Source: Felis catus
Lineage: Eukaryota
Length of the DNA: 64,000 bases
Direction: 5' to 3'
Assembly (NCBI RefSeq): GCF_018350175.1
Contig: NC_058368.1
Span: forward strand, 184,018,001-184,082,000
The position numbers were made by a program, and so were the translations under genes. Of this stretch, positions 49,609 to 63,875 are shown one piece after another. Numbering within the stretch: position 1 is the first letter of the stretch; every line of letters begins with the position of its first letter. The notes under the pieces are model-generated. The model was not told the DNA's origin, ran no database searches, and worked only from the letters and a program-made list of their open reading frames with translations.

Positions 49609-51765
49609 CATCATATCATAATTTTAACTCAAAAAATTTTTACCTCTAACTATGAAAATTGGAAGTACATCAACTGATTTGGTTTCATCTAAGAAATTGG
49701 TATATTTATCCATTCAAATATTAACTATATAGACATACAAACTTCTAGAACTTAAAGTCACTAATATTACCAATATATTAAGATTAATTTCCATAAAGCT
49801 GAGATTCTTAACTGGTAGGATATAGACCTAGGCAATCTAACAAATTAGCTATTTGTTTGCTCTTTATGGTGGGTTGAAAAAGACATAATTGCTTAAATTT
49901 AAAAATCAGAAATTGTGATACAATTATGACAATAGTTTCTCTGGAAAAAAATGAATATTTGATAGTACTGGGCTGAAGTTTCTTCCAGGAATAGAACTGA
50001 AACTGACTAGTAGCTATTCTTTGGAGACAGAACCTATGCTTTCCATGTAATCACTGACCCCATTTACTTGAAAATTCTTTCCAATTTTTTTTAGTTCAGT
50101 TTCCTAGTCACCTCATGTATCTATTAATTTTACATGTTTTTGTTACCTATTTAGCCCCTGTAAGCCTTGAGTTTATAATCATAGCTATAAAGCTTATCAC
50201 TAAGTAATTTTGAGTATTATTTTGTGCTGGCTTATTTCTGATAACTATGAATGGGAATGAAGTTTAAGACCTAGTTCTTGCCCTCAGGTAGCTTTCTGCC
50301 TTGCTAAGGCTATTAAAGTACCCACAAAGGGCTTAGATAATTGGGCAAAAATATTATAAACTAAATGCAGAGCGTAAATAGTAAATGCAGTAGGTAAACA
50401 GAGACACATGGGGTGGACACTGGATTTGATACATGGGGAAAACAATAAAAGAATACATTAAGCAAACTGCAGATTTAAAACTTGTGTGGTTTTAACAAGG
50501 AGGAGGAATAAGTAAAAGTTAACCAGTTAAAAATAAAAAGAACAATTATCTTGAAAATAAATGAGGCCTAATTGCTAGATAGGAAGTTAAAGTTACACCA
50601 GATTTAGGGAACAGTTTTGAAGCTATAAATCCGAGTAAAACTATCATTTATGTATGTCACTGTTGCATAAACCTTGACTTACCCTTATGTTCATTCCCTG
50701 CACCCTACCTGTATCCCTATTTCACCCAAACTCTCAATTATAATTTAAGTTTTGTTTACCTCACTCGAAATATAGGCATTCTACTCTATGTTTTGAGATA
50801 CTCTTGACTGGTTAAAGCTCAAAAATAGATTGTAAGTCATTTATTAGTTAGTCAATAGCACCCAGCCCTCCCTTATTGCAAGCTCTTTATAAAATGTGGC
50901 CCAAACATGTTATTACTGATCAGCAGTTTCTCATTATTGTTCTGTTTCTGTCAATAGGAACACTGATTAATTGTAATTGCAGTGTTGGCCAACATGGATT
51001 GATTAGGACATAAAGTAACAAGAATTGTACAAGAATGTCAAAAGGAAGGAACAATTCCATGGAACATTTGAAGGATATGCTGATCCATTCAAGGTGGACA
51101 GCACAGGATGCTTGAGCCAGCAGAAGAGTGAAAAAAATAATCACATTACTCTAACTTAATAAATGAAATGGAGAATTAAAAGAAAAAGTGGACTTCTATA
51201 ATAAATACACTCTAGTTTTCTATTTTGGAAAAAGTAATACTTTTAAAATGTCTCATTGCAACCGATGTGAGGTTAAGTATTATTGTCTTTATTTTGAAAA
51301 AAATCATAAAATATTAAGATATTAATGTATATATCTAATTTTGTAATTTTCTTTATAAGTGAAATGGTACCTTTAAAAAATAAATACCCTGTAGAAACTC
51401 TCTTGATTCTCTAAACATAAATTTATAAACTATTTAAGGGATGTATCATATGCGGAAATATTCTTAGGGAATAGTTTCTGTGACTTCTTTGAAAAACAGT
51501 GTCTCAGCATTCTTTCTGCTACATAGTCAACCAATAAATTTGAGTATGCACCTGGTTCGAGGGTCTGTGCTAAATTTACTAGGCAACTTTGAAAACAAAT
51601 TAAGCCCCTATCTTTGGCCCCAAGTGGCTCCTAGCTCCTCTCCCTCAAAAAGAAATGAGACACACACAGCAATTTATAACACAAGACAGAATGGGATATA
51701 TCCATAGTGCTTTGAAAGTTCAGAGAGGACATAAGTATGAGTCATAGTTCACTAGAAAAAAAAGA

Positions 51766-51852
51766 TTATATATATATATATATATATATATTTATACATT
51801 ATATATATATTATATATATATATATACACAATTATATATATATATATAATTG

Positions 51853-51885
<33 letters not shown>
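51766..51885. repeat. Compound (TA)n(CA)n microsatellite
   Basis: Read directly from the sequence. Confidence 0.96.
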
Positions 51886-51887
<2 letters not shown>

Positions 51888-53641
51888 GGCTTCTTGGAAA
51901 AAATGTTACTCACATCTGGATTAGATGGATGCTACCCATACGTTTTATGAGTAGTTACTGGAGTAGAAGGGATTTCAGGGAGGAGTCAGACCACACCAAC
52001 ACTTAAGGAACAACAAAGCAATAGGTATCAGGCTGGACATGCTAGGTATGAATATTTCTAAAGGGCATCAATCTTTAAAACAATTCTCCAAAAGAAAACA
52101 TCAATGGTAGTTCAATTTGTAAGTTGGATAAATACAAGGATAAATAAAGTTGGATAAATAAAGTTGTGTTGATTTCAGGGTAGGGGCCCAGAATTCTGTT
52201 GATGCCTGTCTATACCACTATCCTACCACCTCCCGCCATCAACTTTATCACTCGTGTGGCTGGTGTAGACTTGTAGCACACCTTTTTTTGTTCTTGGTGA
52301 ATGAGTATGTGGTGAAGGAAGGAGAATGAGAAAGAGAGCTGGATTTAAAAAATTAAAAAAAACATGATATTACAATAGATTATAAACTGCATTGAGTATC
52401 AATATTATTTTACCACTACTCAGCAGAAAATAGATGGCGCTGCTAAGAGTGACTTGTTTTTTTTTGTTTTAACATAGTAGTGATCTGATCAGAGCTCCAC
52501 CTTGGAAAGATATTCAGTTCTCTTCTAAGGGATTTAATCTCAGCAGAGTTTGTAATGAAAGGTCATGATGTCCTCAGTTTGGTTTGGAGATGAAGAAACC
52601 AAGGTATGACTAAGTGGATGTCAGGATTTAGTGGAACTGTGATTGGTTGACAGCATTACACCTACACCTAAAAGAACAGTATTGTTATTACCAGATAGGA
52701 GAAAAAGAAGTGTGTGAAGCAGAATAAGTTCAGTGTTTCCCATTTTGAGTTTTTGGCACTAAATGAATACATAGAAAAAGTAAGTCTACTAGAAGCTGTG
52801 AATGTCCGACTCATTGTCATAAGGGAGGAGGAGAAAATAGCATGGTGGAATATTTCATTAAGAGGGAATAACAAGAGTAGTAGGGGGGGAAAGGGGGCCA
52901 AGAATAAAACTCTTCATAACGAAAAATTAATTTGAAGTCCCATAGAGTTAATTTATTTTTCCTAGTGTCTGAATTAAGTTGTAAAATTCACTCAGCAATT
53001 GTTTAACTATAAAACAAAGCATTTCCAATAATAACAATTCATTTACAAACGACATTCCTAGAAAAGTGAACTCTAATTCCTTCTTTAAAAGTATCTCTTG
53101 TTCTGGCTTTGCATTCACTTAGCCCTGCAGTCAAAGATTTTTGCTCTTCACTTAGCTCCCTACATGTTATCTGGTGCAACTTTTGTAGTCCAAATAGAAA
53201 TACAGACCTTAAATCAATATAGCACAATCCATCAAGTCAATTACGAAACTCTAAAACATAACAACTCTCAAAGTCTTCTTTGTTTTCCTTAATGAAAAAA
53301 GAGAAGACAAATTCCTCACTCACTAATTTGGTTTTTTAAAAAGTTGTGTAGGCCTTAAATCTAGCATTAGGTATTGACTTTTCTACATAAACAACAAATC
53401 TGCAAGACTTTGAAATTACATCTAATAAATGATTTTTTTGATCAATGAGTGAAAACTAACTTAGATAACTTCTAATATTGCCAAGTAAAGATTATTCTGT
53501 TCCTGAAGATGCAATACTACTTACTTCTGCCTCCATTTTTAAAAATCTTTCCTCCTGTAACCATTTCTTCAAGGGCTGTAAGTAGCAATGGCTTTGATCA
53601 AATACTTAAAATCTACCTCTTCCCAATATTGTTCACTTTGC

Positions 53642-53806
53642 TTTTTTCAATATTTATTTATTCATTTTGAGAGACAGAGAGCATGAAAACAGGGTAGGGG
53701 CAGACAGAAAGAGACAGAATCCCAAACTCGATCCAAGAACCATGAGATCATGACCTGAACTGAAATCAACAGTCAACACTTAACCAACTAAGCCACCCAG
53801 GCACCC
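53642..53806 (-). mobile_element. CanSINE with internal deletion
   Basis: Antisense head and tail are present; the AGCCTGC segment is missing near 53726. Confidence 0.9.
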
Positions 53807-54059
53807 TTAATCCTGCTCATTTTAAAGACAGAATATAATTCAGTTCAATTTAAACAAGTACTCATTTTAATTTTAGACATCTTACCCCCAGTTCATCTTT
53901 TCAGAAATATACAAATGTTCACTTATTCTGATTTTCTGATAGGTGATTTACAGAGGTAAATGAGGGTCCTGCTCCAGTCACTTGAACACAACTCTTATGA
54001 AACATTGATCACCCTGAAGAGTTGGAAGAACAGATCAGGCAAACATATTAAAGAGGTTA

Positions 54060-54250
54060 ATAGTGTGATTTAAATGATTCTGGAGAGAGACAAACTTGGT
54101 TTTCAGACATATTGACATTCATTAAGTTACTTAACCTCTCTTAGCCTTGATACCTCCCTGCTAGAGTAATTGTGAGAATGCATGGAAGGCACTTACCATA
54201 GAGTCCAGCAGGCAGTAAGCAATGAATAAACGGTACCTACTGCTATTGTA
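54060..54250 (+). mobile_element. MIR fragment
   Basis: AAGTTACTTAACCTCTCTTAGCCT...AAGGCACTTACCATAG...CAGTAAGC. Confidence 0.6.
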
Positions 54251-54321
54251 TTTCTGAGTTTCTGAGGCTCACATTCATGCTTTTGCCAGAGCTATTTCAC
54301 TTCACAGGTAACTGCAATTAA

Positions 54322-54322
<1 letters not shown>

Positions 54323-54366
<44 letters not shown>
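54323..54366. repeat. (CT)n microsatellite
   Basis: Read directly from the sequence. Confidence 0.96.
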
Positions 54367-54373
<7 letters not shown>

Positions 54374-54574
54374 GTTCTGTCACAGATTTGGTTTTCTCCC
54401 CACGGTTCCCTGTGGAGTTCATGTAGTGGGGTATTTCCTTCATTTTAAAGATAAGGAGAACGAAGCCATGAAATATTAGGATTTTGCCCCAGGGGTCCAG
54501 ATAGGAAGTGATTGAGCTGAAAGTAAAATCTGATTTCTCCCCAGATATTCATTTTGATAAATGCCATTTATCCA

Positions 54575-55255
54575 TACAATCCAGTAATTCCAGTAATATT
54601 ACATGCAGGGTGTTTCCCAGAGTAAACAAGAATAGTAATTCAAAAAGATATACACACCCCTATGTTCACGGTAGCATCATTTACAAGAGCCAAGATATGG
54701 AAGCAACCTAAGTGTCCACTGAGATATGAATGGATAAAGAAGATGTAGTATATAAATATAATGGATTATTACTCAGCCATAAAAAAGAATGGGATCTTGC
54801 CATTTACAGCAACATGGATGGGCCTAGAAGATACTATGTTAAGTGAAATAACTAAAACAAAGAAAGACAAATATCATATGATTTCACTTATATGTGGAAT
54901 CTAAAAAACAAAATGAACAAAGAAACAAAAAAGCAGGAACAGATCTATAAATGCAGAGAACAAATTGGTGGTTGCCAGTGGGGAGAGGCCTAGGACAACA
55001 AGCATGAAAGGGTGAAGGGGAGTAGGAGGTATAGGCTTCCGAATGTAATGAATAAGTCACAGGGATAAAGGGAAAAGCAAAGGGAGTATAGTCAATGGTA
55101 TTGTAATAGTGTTGTGTGGTGACAGATGGTAGCTACACTTATGGTGACCATAGCACAACATACAGAGTTGTTGAATCACTATGTTGCACACCTGAAATTA
55201 AGGTAGCATCATGTGTCAAATATTTTTCAATAAAAATTAAGAAAAATAAATAAAT
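54575..55255 (+). mobile_element. L1 3' end (L1MA9/carnivore-like)
   Basis: AGCCAAGATATGGAAGCAACCTAAGTGTCC...GGTGACAGATGGTAGCTACACTT...CACCTGAAA...AATAAAAA. Confidence 0.92.
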
Positions 55256-55258
55256 CAT

Positions 55259-55485
55259 GGGCGCCTGGGTGGCTCAGTCAGTTAAGTGTCTGACTTCAGC
55301 TCAGGTCATGATCTCACAGTTCAGGAGTTCGAGCCCCATGTCGGGCTCTGGTGCTGACAGCTCCGAGCCTGGAGCCTGCTTTGGATTCTGTGTCTCCCTC
55401 TCTCTCTCTGCCCCTCCCCCATTCATGCTTGCTCTCTTTCCCTCTCTCTGAAAAATAGATAAACATTAAAAAAATGAAAATAAAA
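55259..55485 (+). mobile_element. CanSINE at the L1 A-tail
   Basis: Full body; TSD-like AAATAAATC(A/G)TG. Confidence 0.95.
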
Positions 55486-57576
55486 ATAAATCGTGCCATG
55501 TAAATATGAAAAAGGAAAAATAAGAATAATAATTTGTGTTTCCTATAATTGTTACTTTTTTTTCTGAGTTCCGTAGAAAACAATTACATGGTTATATGTC
55601 TTATTTGTTAAAGTACAGAAATGTTACAAAAAACTTTAAAGAAGAATCTGATAGATATGGATTGTAAGTTTACACTGCACTTTATAATTATATAATGCTG
55701 TTAGACAATTTAATTTGTCCTCCCAATTATCACTTGATTTTTCTTTTCCATCACTGAGCAAGAAACAATTTATCATGTGAGAAAAGAAGACACTGAACAA
55801 GTAGGAAGTTAGTAGGACGTAGGACTGCCCCATTCTCTTAAGGAGCAGCCATGAAGGCAAAGTTCTTAAATTTATTGATCCTTTCTCCTCAGATAATGCT
55901 ATCACTCACTCATCAAAGTTGAGTTGAGGAAGATAAGGCTGGAGAAGAAGTTCCATTAAAACTTTCCTCTGTTCTTTTATAAAAAGTTTGGATACTGCTG
56001 GTGTCTGTTGGAGTTATTGAATTGTATCATTTAGTTGTATTATTTCTGTTTGAAAAATGTCGTGAGACCCTGCTGTGTGAGTTGGAGAGCGTGAGCAAAG
56101 TGAGTATGATTCCATGAATACTGATTTATTTCTGAACACAATGGTGTCTTAATTGAAGAGCCACCTGTGTAGCAGAAGAAGGACCTTGTTATTAGGTGTA
56201 CCATGTTTTTAAATAAGTAATAACATGTCAATTTTTTAACCAAGAGACTTATATTATTTCTTTTACTCCTTAGAAAAGCCTGATTCTTTCTTTTCTCAAT
56301 TGTAAAACATATATGTATTAGTTTTTCATTTTATGAAACCATAATTTGAAGGGAAAATGTCCATTATTCATAAGTAAATCTCTAATCAAAACCTAGAATT
56401 CCACAAGAACTGGAGAATTGGCAAATACATGTGAAATCCAGTCCGGAACAATTTTGTTTGATTTATAAGGAGCCTCTTGTCTCTACATTTAAATGTAGCC
56501 ATGTGCCCATACAGTCATCTGTCGGAGTGGGAGAATTTCCAGATAATCAAAATGTCACAAAGTTAGTACTTTTAATTTTTATTTCATCTCCCACGAGTAT
56601 GAACTCTGATTATAATTACAGCTTCATCTGCTGTTGAATGATTTTGTTTTATCAGACAACGACAGTGCTCTAACAAACACACTGCTGGAGAATAAGGAAC
56701 CTGCTTAAGATAGGGAACAATAAGAATGCCAAGCTTTGGGAAGTAGGCAAAAACCCTGATATATAGAGGGCACAATATGTGCCTTGAAATCGCAATTAAG
56801 AGTAAAATATTTAACTCCCATAAATTACCTCTACACCAGAGTCACATGTTGTTTTCTCTGGCCAAAATATTAAACTGGTGAAGACAAAACTAGAGCAAAT
56901 CAAATAATGCTCTGGTGGAAGAAACAAATTTACATGCAGAAGAAATCTAACTCAATAGGACTGATCATCTGAGGTAATAATAAGTTCACAGAATCTGAAG
57001 AATATCCTTCTCTGGCCTTATTCTACCATACATATACCAGTTACATAAGACATTAATGAGTAAGGCCTTCCCCACTCACATCCTTGATCAAAAACATAAG
57101 AGAGACCATTTAGGGTTGGGTGGTACTTTTATTCTACTTCAGCCAGAGCAGGGCATTAATAAAACAGCTTACATGAAAACCAGGTTTTATTGCTTACTTA
57201 ACAGGCACAGCTATGTGATATCGAACAAATCATTAGCAGTGATATTTTAAGTTGCCCCTCTACCAAAAAGTAATAACACCTACCCTACTATGACATGGAG
57301 TTCTTTTGATATGGAAATGCGATGACATAGGTTTTGATAAGTTTGAAATATTACAAAAATAAGTTGTACCAATTGCTAGCCATTTTGTAAATAATATCTG
57401 TCTTAGAAGCCAGTCTTTTCTCAATTTTGTAGAAAGAACAAGCTGAAGACACATACTCTGTAGGAAAATGGAATGAGAAATGGACATACGTGAAGGTGGA
57501 TGGGCATTATATCGTGTAATGAAGTGTTGGTATCACTAAAAGTCCCAATGATTACCTACTTCAGAACTTCTTGCTT

Positions 57577-57613
57577 GGGCACCTGGGTGGCTCAGCCAGG
57601 TAAGCATTTGACT
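57577..57613 (+). mobile_element. CanSINE 5' stub
   Basis: GGGCACCTGGGTGGCTCAGCCAGGTAAGCATTTGACT, then homology ends abruptly. Confidence 0.8.
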
Positions 57614-57614
57614 A

Positions 57615-57865
57615 GACATCCTCCTTCTCTTCATCCTGGTCTCTCACCAAATGTCTCTTCATTGGAAAGACACATGTGACTACCATACTATAAACAGGAT
57701 CCTTCTCCACAACGTCACTTTTTCCCTTATGCTACTTTGATTGAAATTTATTTCATGTATTTACTGTCTACTTCCCTCTACCTTAACTCTTTGAAAAGCA
57801 GGGACTGTTTTCTACTATGTTCTATTTATTCTCAGCACCTATAACAGGGCCTGGCATATAGATGA
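57615..57865 (+). mobile_element. L2 3' fragment
   Basis: TATTTACTGTCTACTTCCC...AGCAGGGACTG...CAGCACCTATAACAGGGCCTGGCATATAG. Confidence 0.65.
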
Positions 57866-58439
57866 AGAGGAAGATTTTTCAAAGTAGAAGTATTAATCTT
57901 TTAATATAATCCTTTAACAACTTTAGGTTTTGTTATTTAACCACCAAGAGAAATTCTATCATCACGGATTCATTAACTGTCTTAAAAGAAATATCTTAAT
58001 TTCCCTGAAGTAATAATTATTTCAATCATTTAAGTCGCTATATAATAATTTCCAAGTGTAGTTTGAATTCTTAATCATCAACATGGTATTCTTCAATGGC
58101 TTTGACTGTTATGTGAAACATCTACATATAATGATAAATATTCAATCAATTATAAATGTTTTGAAATGAGCAGATGTTCTCTAAGTGTTGACTAAATTAA
58201 TAACATTTGAGCTGACTTCTTATCATGTGTATGCATTGGGCATATACACTTGTGATACATGGAATTGAAACATTTCTTTACAGTGCATAGTGGCTAGCAG
58301 AGACCACAAAGTTCGTTTTTGCTGACAGTGGTGGTGATGAAAAATCCATAATTTTAATATCATTGTCCTATCTTTCTCCTAGAGAAGGAGAAAGAAGAGA
58401 AAAAAGAAAAGACACCACTAGAATACAAAATTCATTTTT

Positions 58440-59545
58440 TAATTTTGAGAATGCCTAGGGAAATGAGGAGCTGACAAATGTGAAAATCTCAAATACATAA
58501 ATAACTAAAACACATTCAGGAAGTAGAAAATGGAATAGACCAATAAATGGAGAAGAAATTGAAAAAAGTAGTGAAAGAATTGCCTCCCAAAAATAGCCTC
58601 AGGTCTATGCAGTTTTATAGCCCCGTTCTTTCAAACTTTCAAAACACAATAATGTCTTTTTTATATATAAGCCCTCTGGAGCATAAAAGAGAAAGAGAGA
58701 GAGAGAGGAAGAGAGAGCGCAAAAGTTCCTGATTTGTTTTATACACTGCACATAATACTGATAAGAACATTTAAGAGAGCACAAAAACAGAGGATTTAAG
58801 ACACGTAATGATTATAAACATGGAAACAAAAAAGGTAAATATAAAGTCTACCATATTGAACTAACCAATGTATTAAAATAAGAGTTCATCATATCCGAGA
58901 AGAATTTGCACTAAAATGTAAGAGTATTTAATTTCAAGGCTTATAATATAATTAATCACAGTATATTTTAAGGAAAAGTGCACCTGTAAGCTGACTTTAA
59001 AAGCATTTGATAAGATTATTTATTTTAAAAATGATCTTAGTATGTATACACTGTATACATATACATGTGTATATGTATATGGTGAACACTAGGAGCAATT
59101 TCATTAAAGTCAAGGAATAGACAAGAATCTTCCCTTTCATCTTCATTATTGAAAATATTTCAAAGTTTTTAGCCCATGTTATAAGGTAGAATCTGAGAGA
59201 AAAGACCTCACTCTTTGAAGGAAGGAAACAAAATCTTTATTTTCCATGTTATTAGATATCCAAAATATATATGGAAAAAAGTTTAGTCAGATATATGGTT
59301 ACCAAAATAATTTACTTTACTGCATATTAGCAATAGTATATTAGAAAATACAATAAAAGAGGGGGCACCTGCGTGGCTCAGTCAGTTGAGCACCTCACTT
59401 TGATTTCATCTCAGGTCTGGATCCCAGGTACATGGGATCCAGCCCTGCGTCAGCCTCCACACTGAGCATGGAGCCTGCTTAAGATTCTTTCTCCCTCTTC
59501 ATCTGTCCCTATCCCCTGATCACACACACTCTCTCTCTCTTAAAT

Positions 59546-59595
<50 letters not shown>

Positions 59596-59910
59596 AAAAA
59601 ACAGTCAACAATAACAAAAAAATACATAAAATACCTTTGGACAAAATTAGTAGATATCCAAGGCCTATATGGAGGCAACCACAATGTTTTATTGAAGGAT
59701 ATTAAAACAAAATTTATAAACTTGGAGGTATTCATATTCCTGTATAGTCAAAATTGATACTCTCAAGCTATCAATCTCGAGAAATTGATTTATATATTTG
59801 ATGCAATGTCAACAATACTTATTTTGCTGCTTTTACATGTTTTTTGCCAATTTCCAAATGAAACTTTTAATGATCTTATTAAGTTTCCTATAATCTCTTT
59901 GGAAGTATTG
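58440..59910 (+). mobile_element. Very old L1 ORF2 fragment
   Basis: Decayed ORF2: AATAGACCAATAA...GAAATTGAAAAAGTAG, AAAGCATTTGATAAG (KAFDK), ATTAAAGTCAAGGAATAGACAAG, ATAAAATACCTTTGG. Confidence 0.72.
59361..59590 (+). mobile_element. Older carnivore-type CanSINE with an (AT)n tail
   Basis: GGGATCCAGCCCTGCG...GCATGGAGCCTGCTTAAGATTC; TSD ATACAATAAAA. Confidence 0.9.
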
Positions 59911-60929
59911 TTGGAATTGCATCCGGTAATTTTGTTCGTTGTTCCAGCTGATTTTCCAGGAACAACAACAATAACAAAATATGTGCCACAAGTCATGAAC
60001 AGCATCATCAGCCATCTTTTATCATCATTTATTTAACCATGCCTGCAGGGAGAGAATTTGCTTAGATACACAGTATTTTGGAAAAATCACAAGGTAAAAG
60101 TCAATATGTGTAGCTTTATTAAGTTCCATAAAACTTAGAAATTGGTCAATTGTTTCATTTATTCATTCAAGCAACATTTATTTAATACCTATTTTGTAAC
60201 CTACTGAGCTAAAGTTTAGACACACAAAGATGTCATAATAAGAGTTGGTGAGATACAGACATACGAACTGATTCTAAACAGTGGGTCTATAAGAAGCATT
60301 TATCCAATATAATTCTAGAAGATACAGTCTCAGTTCCAAAGAAACTGAACATTTGTACCACATTCAACAAATGGTGTTAACCATTTATAACTGTGCTCTT
60401 ACTGCTCTGCCCTGCCCTGTCCCTTTCACAACTAGTAACATTTTGACAATAGTAAAGTTATTCAATATATATTAAATGAACTAAACCAGAGACACAACTT
60501 AAAATATACAAAATAAAATTGGCCTATTTATAATAGGCCAGTGTTAGCCATACCTTTCCTTCTTAACATCAACAGGTTACTATGATGTCCATATTACCAC
60601 CAAGTAATTGGTACCTCTGACTCTCAGAGATGAGTGGAGAATATTGAGTTACTTAAGCTGTCTCCTTCAGAGTGAAAACTGAAGTGTTTTTTTCTTTAGG
60701 GATTCAAAGCATCCTGCATTTTAATTCATGTATGTATGAGTCCAAAGGGAAAACAGTTTTCATTTGCCAGTCAAGTAAGTTGATTTTGAGAAAAAAAAAA
60801 TTTAATTAAGATTAAACAAACTTAGATTGTTTGTTAGCCTAAAGGTATAAAGCTCTAAAACCAAATTAGTTGCAGGAAAACTGCTATTGTGAAAAGTATT
60901 TTCTTGTGCACAAGCCCATTACTATATAT

Positions 60930-61152
60930 TTTATTTTTTATGTAAATTTTTAAAAATGTATTTATTAATTTTGAATGAGAGAGAGACAGAGCCTGAGTGG
61001 GGGAGGAAGAGAGAGGAGGAGACAGAATCCCAAGCAGGCTCCAGACTTTGAGCTGTCAGCACAGAGCCTGACACGGGGCTCGAACTCATGAACTGTGAGA
61101 TCGTGACCTCAGACAAAATCAGACAACCAACCGATAAGCCACCCACGCGCCC
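60930..61152 (-). mobile_element. CanSINE
   Basis: Full antisense body. Confidence 0.93.
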
Positions 61153-62252
61153 CATCACTAGTGTATATTTTAAATTAAACATGAGCTGTCTCCATATTTA
61201 CAAGGAATTCACAGAATAACAAATCTAAGATCTTTAATTTCCAAATATCTGGTATACCAAATACCAGCCCACTGTTGCTATTTTTTTTTTTTTTTTGGAA
61301 AAGTTGCTTAGAAAAAAAAATGGATTATCAAAAACATGAACAAATTTGGGTTTTTTAAAATACTGATTTGAAAATAAATGTTTTCTTCCCTGTGGCATTA
61401 AAACTGAAAATTAACAGTTAAAGTGAAAAGTATCAACATAAGTATGGGTGGAAGATGGTCAGACTGAAAGATAAAAAAGACAAGGTAAAAAAAAGATGAT
61501 ACATGAGGCCTAAAATCATAACTGTGTGTGTATTCACTTTTTACCTGGGAAGAAAACTAACATAAGCAAAAATATCAATTAGGAGGTGTTTCTGTCCACA
61601 AGAAACAATTTAAAGAAAACATAAAGGATTAGAAGATCAAGACTCCAACTTTTAAAGACAAAACCTCAAACTTTAGTTTTCCCCAGATTCTAACTCCATA
61701 AATTACTATGACACAGTGTGACAGCAGCAGGTGAAAAATCCTTTGTTATTAATCTCAAAAGACGATATGACTTTGAACCTCATCTGAGGAATTCTAACTA
61801 TTTCAAATGTTTCTTCTTTGGAATCAGTAATGAGGTGTTCAGCTTTTTAATTGAGTGGAAACTTTAGATTACAGTTTCAGCCAAGCTGATCTGTCAGTAC
61901 ATTTTATTATTACATGTAAGGTAAAGTTTACATATTTGGAATAAACTCATTTTAATAATCTGTATCCTGGTGAAGGATTAAGGACAGGTTGAAGTAAGGC
62001 TGGTGATATTCTAAACATTGGGGAAATAATTAATTACAAAACAGGTAGTTGTTAGCCTATGCTCATCAGTAAAAAATTAGTGACATCCTATAATTCCTGA
62101 AAAATAAGGAAACTGAAATAGCAAACACCCCTTTCCAAGGACAAATACCTATGTTTTATGCAGGGCATCCTCTGGTCCCTTTAGCGAATCTCCCAAATAA
62201 TATTTAAGAAAATGTCAAAGCACTACCCTCTGGTTATAAAAATTAGCACTCT

Positions 62253-62420
62253 GGGGTCACCTGGGTGGCTCAGTCAGTTAGGAGTCTGACTTCAGCTCAG
62301 GTCATGATCTCATGGTTTGTGAGTTTGAGCCCCATAATAGGCTCTCTGCTGTCACCACAGAGCTCACTTTGGATCCTTTCTCTGACTCTCTCTCTCTCGT
62401 TCAAAAATAAATAAACATTA
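62253..62420 (+). mobile_element. CanSINE (short)
   Basis: TSD AAAAATTAGCA. Confidence 0.93.
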
Positions 62421-62453
62421 AAAAATTAGCATTTTATTTTGAGAGATTCCAGA

Positions 62454-62455
<2 letters not shown>

Positions 62456-62487
<32 letters not shown>
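62456..62487. repeat. (TG)n microsatellite
   Basis: Read directly from the sequence. Confidence 0.96.
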
Positions 62488-62488
<1 letters not shown>

Positions 62489-63374
62489 TTTTTAAGGGAA
62501 AATCACCATTTGACAATGTAAATCTGGGAAATGGGGGGGCAAAGCATTTAACCTCCTGTGTTTCCCTTCTCATAACCATTAAAGTGAGAGTAAAAATATA
62601 TTTTGTGCTTTTTTTTTCCTAAAGCATTAAATGAGTAAGATATTAGGAGCACTATATAAGTGAGAAAGGCACATATTTAAATAAAGATATATGCAATACA
62701 TGGCATAAATAATATGATACATGATATTTGAGGAATACATGTATTATGTATATATATATATATATATATTCATACATTCATAAATAATTATTTGTTTGAT
62801 AGAAATCTGAATAGTATGTGTTAAATGTAGATGGGGTGTCTTGAGGAACACAGATACAGACAAAGGCTGACCTTGACATTTGATTAAAGGGTCACTATAA
62901 GCTATAGGAGAAGGATAAACCTGTATCCAGAGAGTAAACTAGCCTCCCACCTCCCTATCAGGGTGAGCTGATCATGGACTGTGCAGTCAGCCAGACTGGG
63001 TTTAAATCCAAACCCTCCATTTATTATTTATGTGATCTTAAAAAGATTATTTAAAGTCTGCTTTAAAAGCTGAGGTAACCAAATTACCTCATTCATAGAT
63101 TTGATGAGGGGTGTTGGTACTTGACATAATTCATGTAAAGAATTTGAGTTTCACTTAATGTTTAGTTGTTGTTGTTCCACAAGGTCTGCCTTATCCCAGG
63201 CCTTATATTGGCTGGTTATCAAATATTGGGCTGAGCTGTGATCAAGGAAAATAAGTAATTGATATAAGAAATGGCAAATATATCATTCCTCAAAATATTG
63301 GCCTTTCAGAAAAATGAAAATAAGGAATATGACTTAGGTTCAACTCTACAATTATGATAATAAAACCATGCTAT

Positions 63375-63550
63375 GTACTGAGTGACAGCTTAATATTGTG
63401 CCAGTCACCGTGCTAAATGTTTTGAATGCATGATCAAGTTTCTCAGAAACCATGAGAATTAGGTATATTATTATCATCTTTCTTTCTATAGATGAGGAAA
63501 CGAGAGTTCATTATGGTAAAATCATCAACCCATTGAGCCAGATGACTGAT
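63375..63550 (-). mobile_element. MIR
   Basis: TGTGCCAGTCACCGTGCTAAATG...TAGGTATTATTATTATC...TATAGATGAGGAAAC. Confidence 0.72.
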
Positions 63551-63836
63551 AAACAGCCACTCTCATTACAAAAAGTTTAAAGCACTATACAAACCATTAA
63601 TTTGAATAATACACTGGAAGGCTGAAGCAAAGGGAATTAAATTATTCATTACTTCAAAAAACTTTTAATCTATCAAGATAAATGCAGTAATGCACTTAAA
63701 GAAATATGAGAAAAATACAAAATGATTGTGTTCAAATTAAGTACATAATTATTGAGAAAATATAGATTAATAATTATTCAAATAGGAATGGAAGAAAACA
63801 TATTAGTGAAAAGGTATGAAGTGGAAATACTTCCTC

Positions 63837-63839
<3 letters not shown>

Positions 63840-63871
<32 letters not shown>
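63840..63871. repeat. (TA)n microsatellite
   Basis: Read directly from the sequence. Confidence 0.96.

Positions 63872-63875
<4 letters not shown>

Noticed and set aside
52428..52445. CTCF-like TAGATGGCGCTG
   Set aside because: Only the 3' half matches; the 5' CCAC/CCAG positions are absent.
56035..56099. Possible + strand exon (LFLFEKCRETLLCELESVSK|GTGAGT)
   Set aside because: Weak polypyrimidine tract, unrecognised peptide and no partner exons.
57433..57495. Possible 63-nt + strand exon (KEQAEDTYSVGKWNEKWTYVK)
   Set aside because: Good acceptor but a poor donor (GTGGAT) and an unrecognised peptide.
60520..60540. Perfect 9-bp hairpin TGGCCTATT-TAT-AATAGGCCA (similar one at ~41774-41800)
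   Set aside because: Stems this short are expected by chance in 64 kb and are too short for a pre-miRNA.
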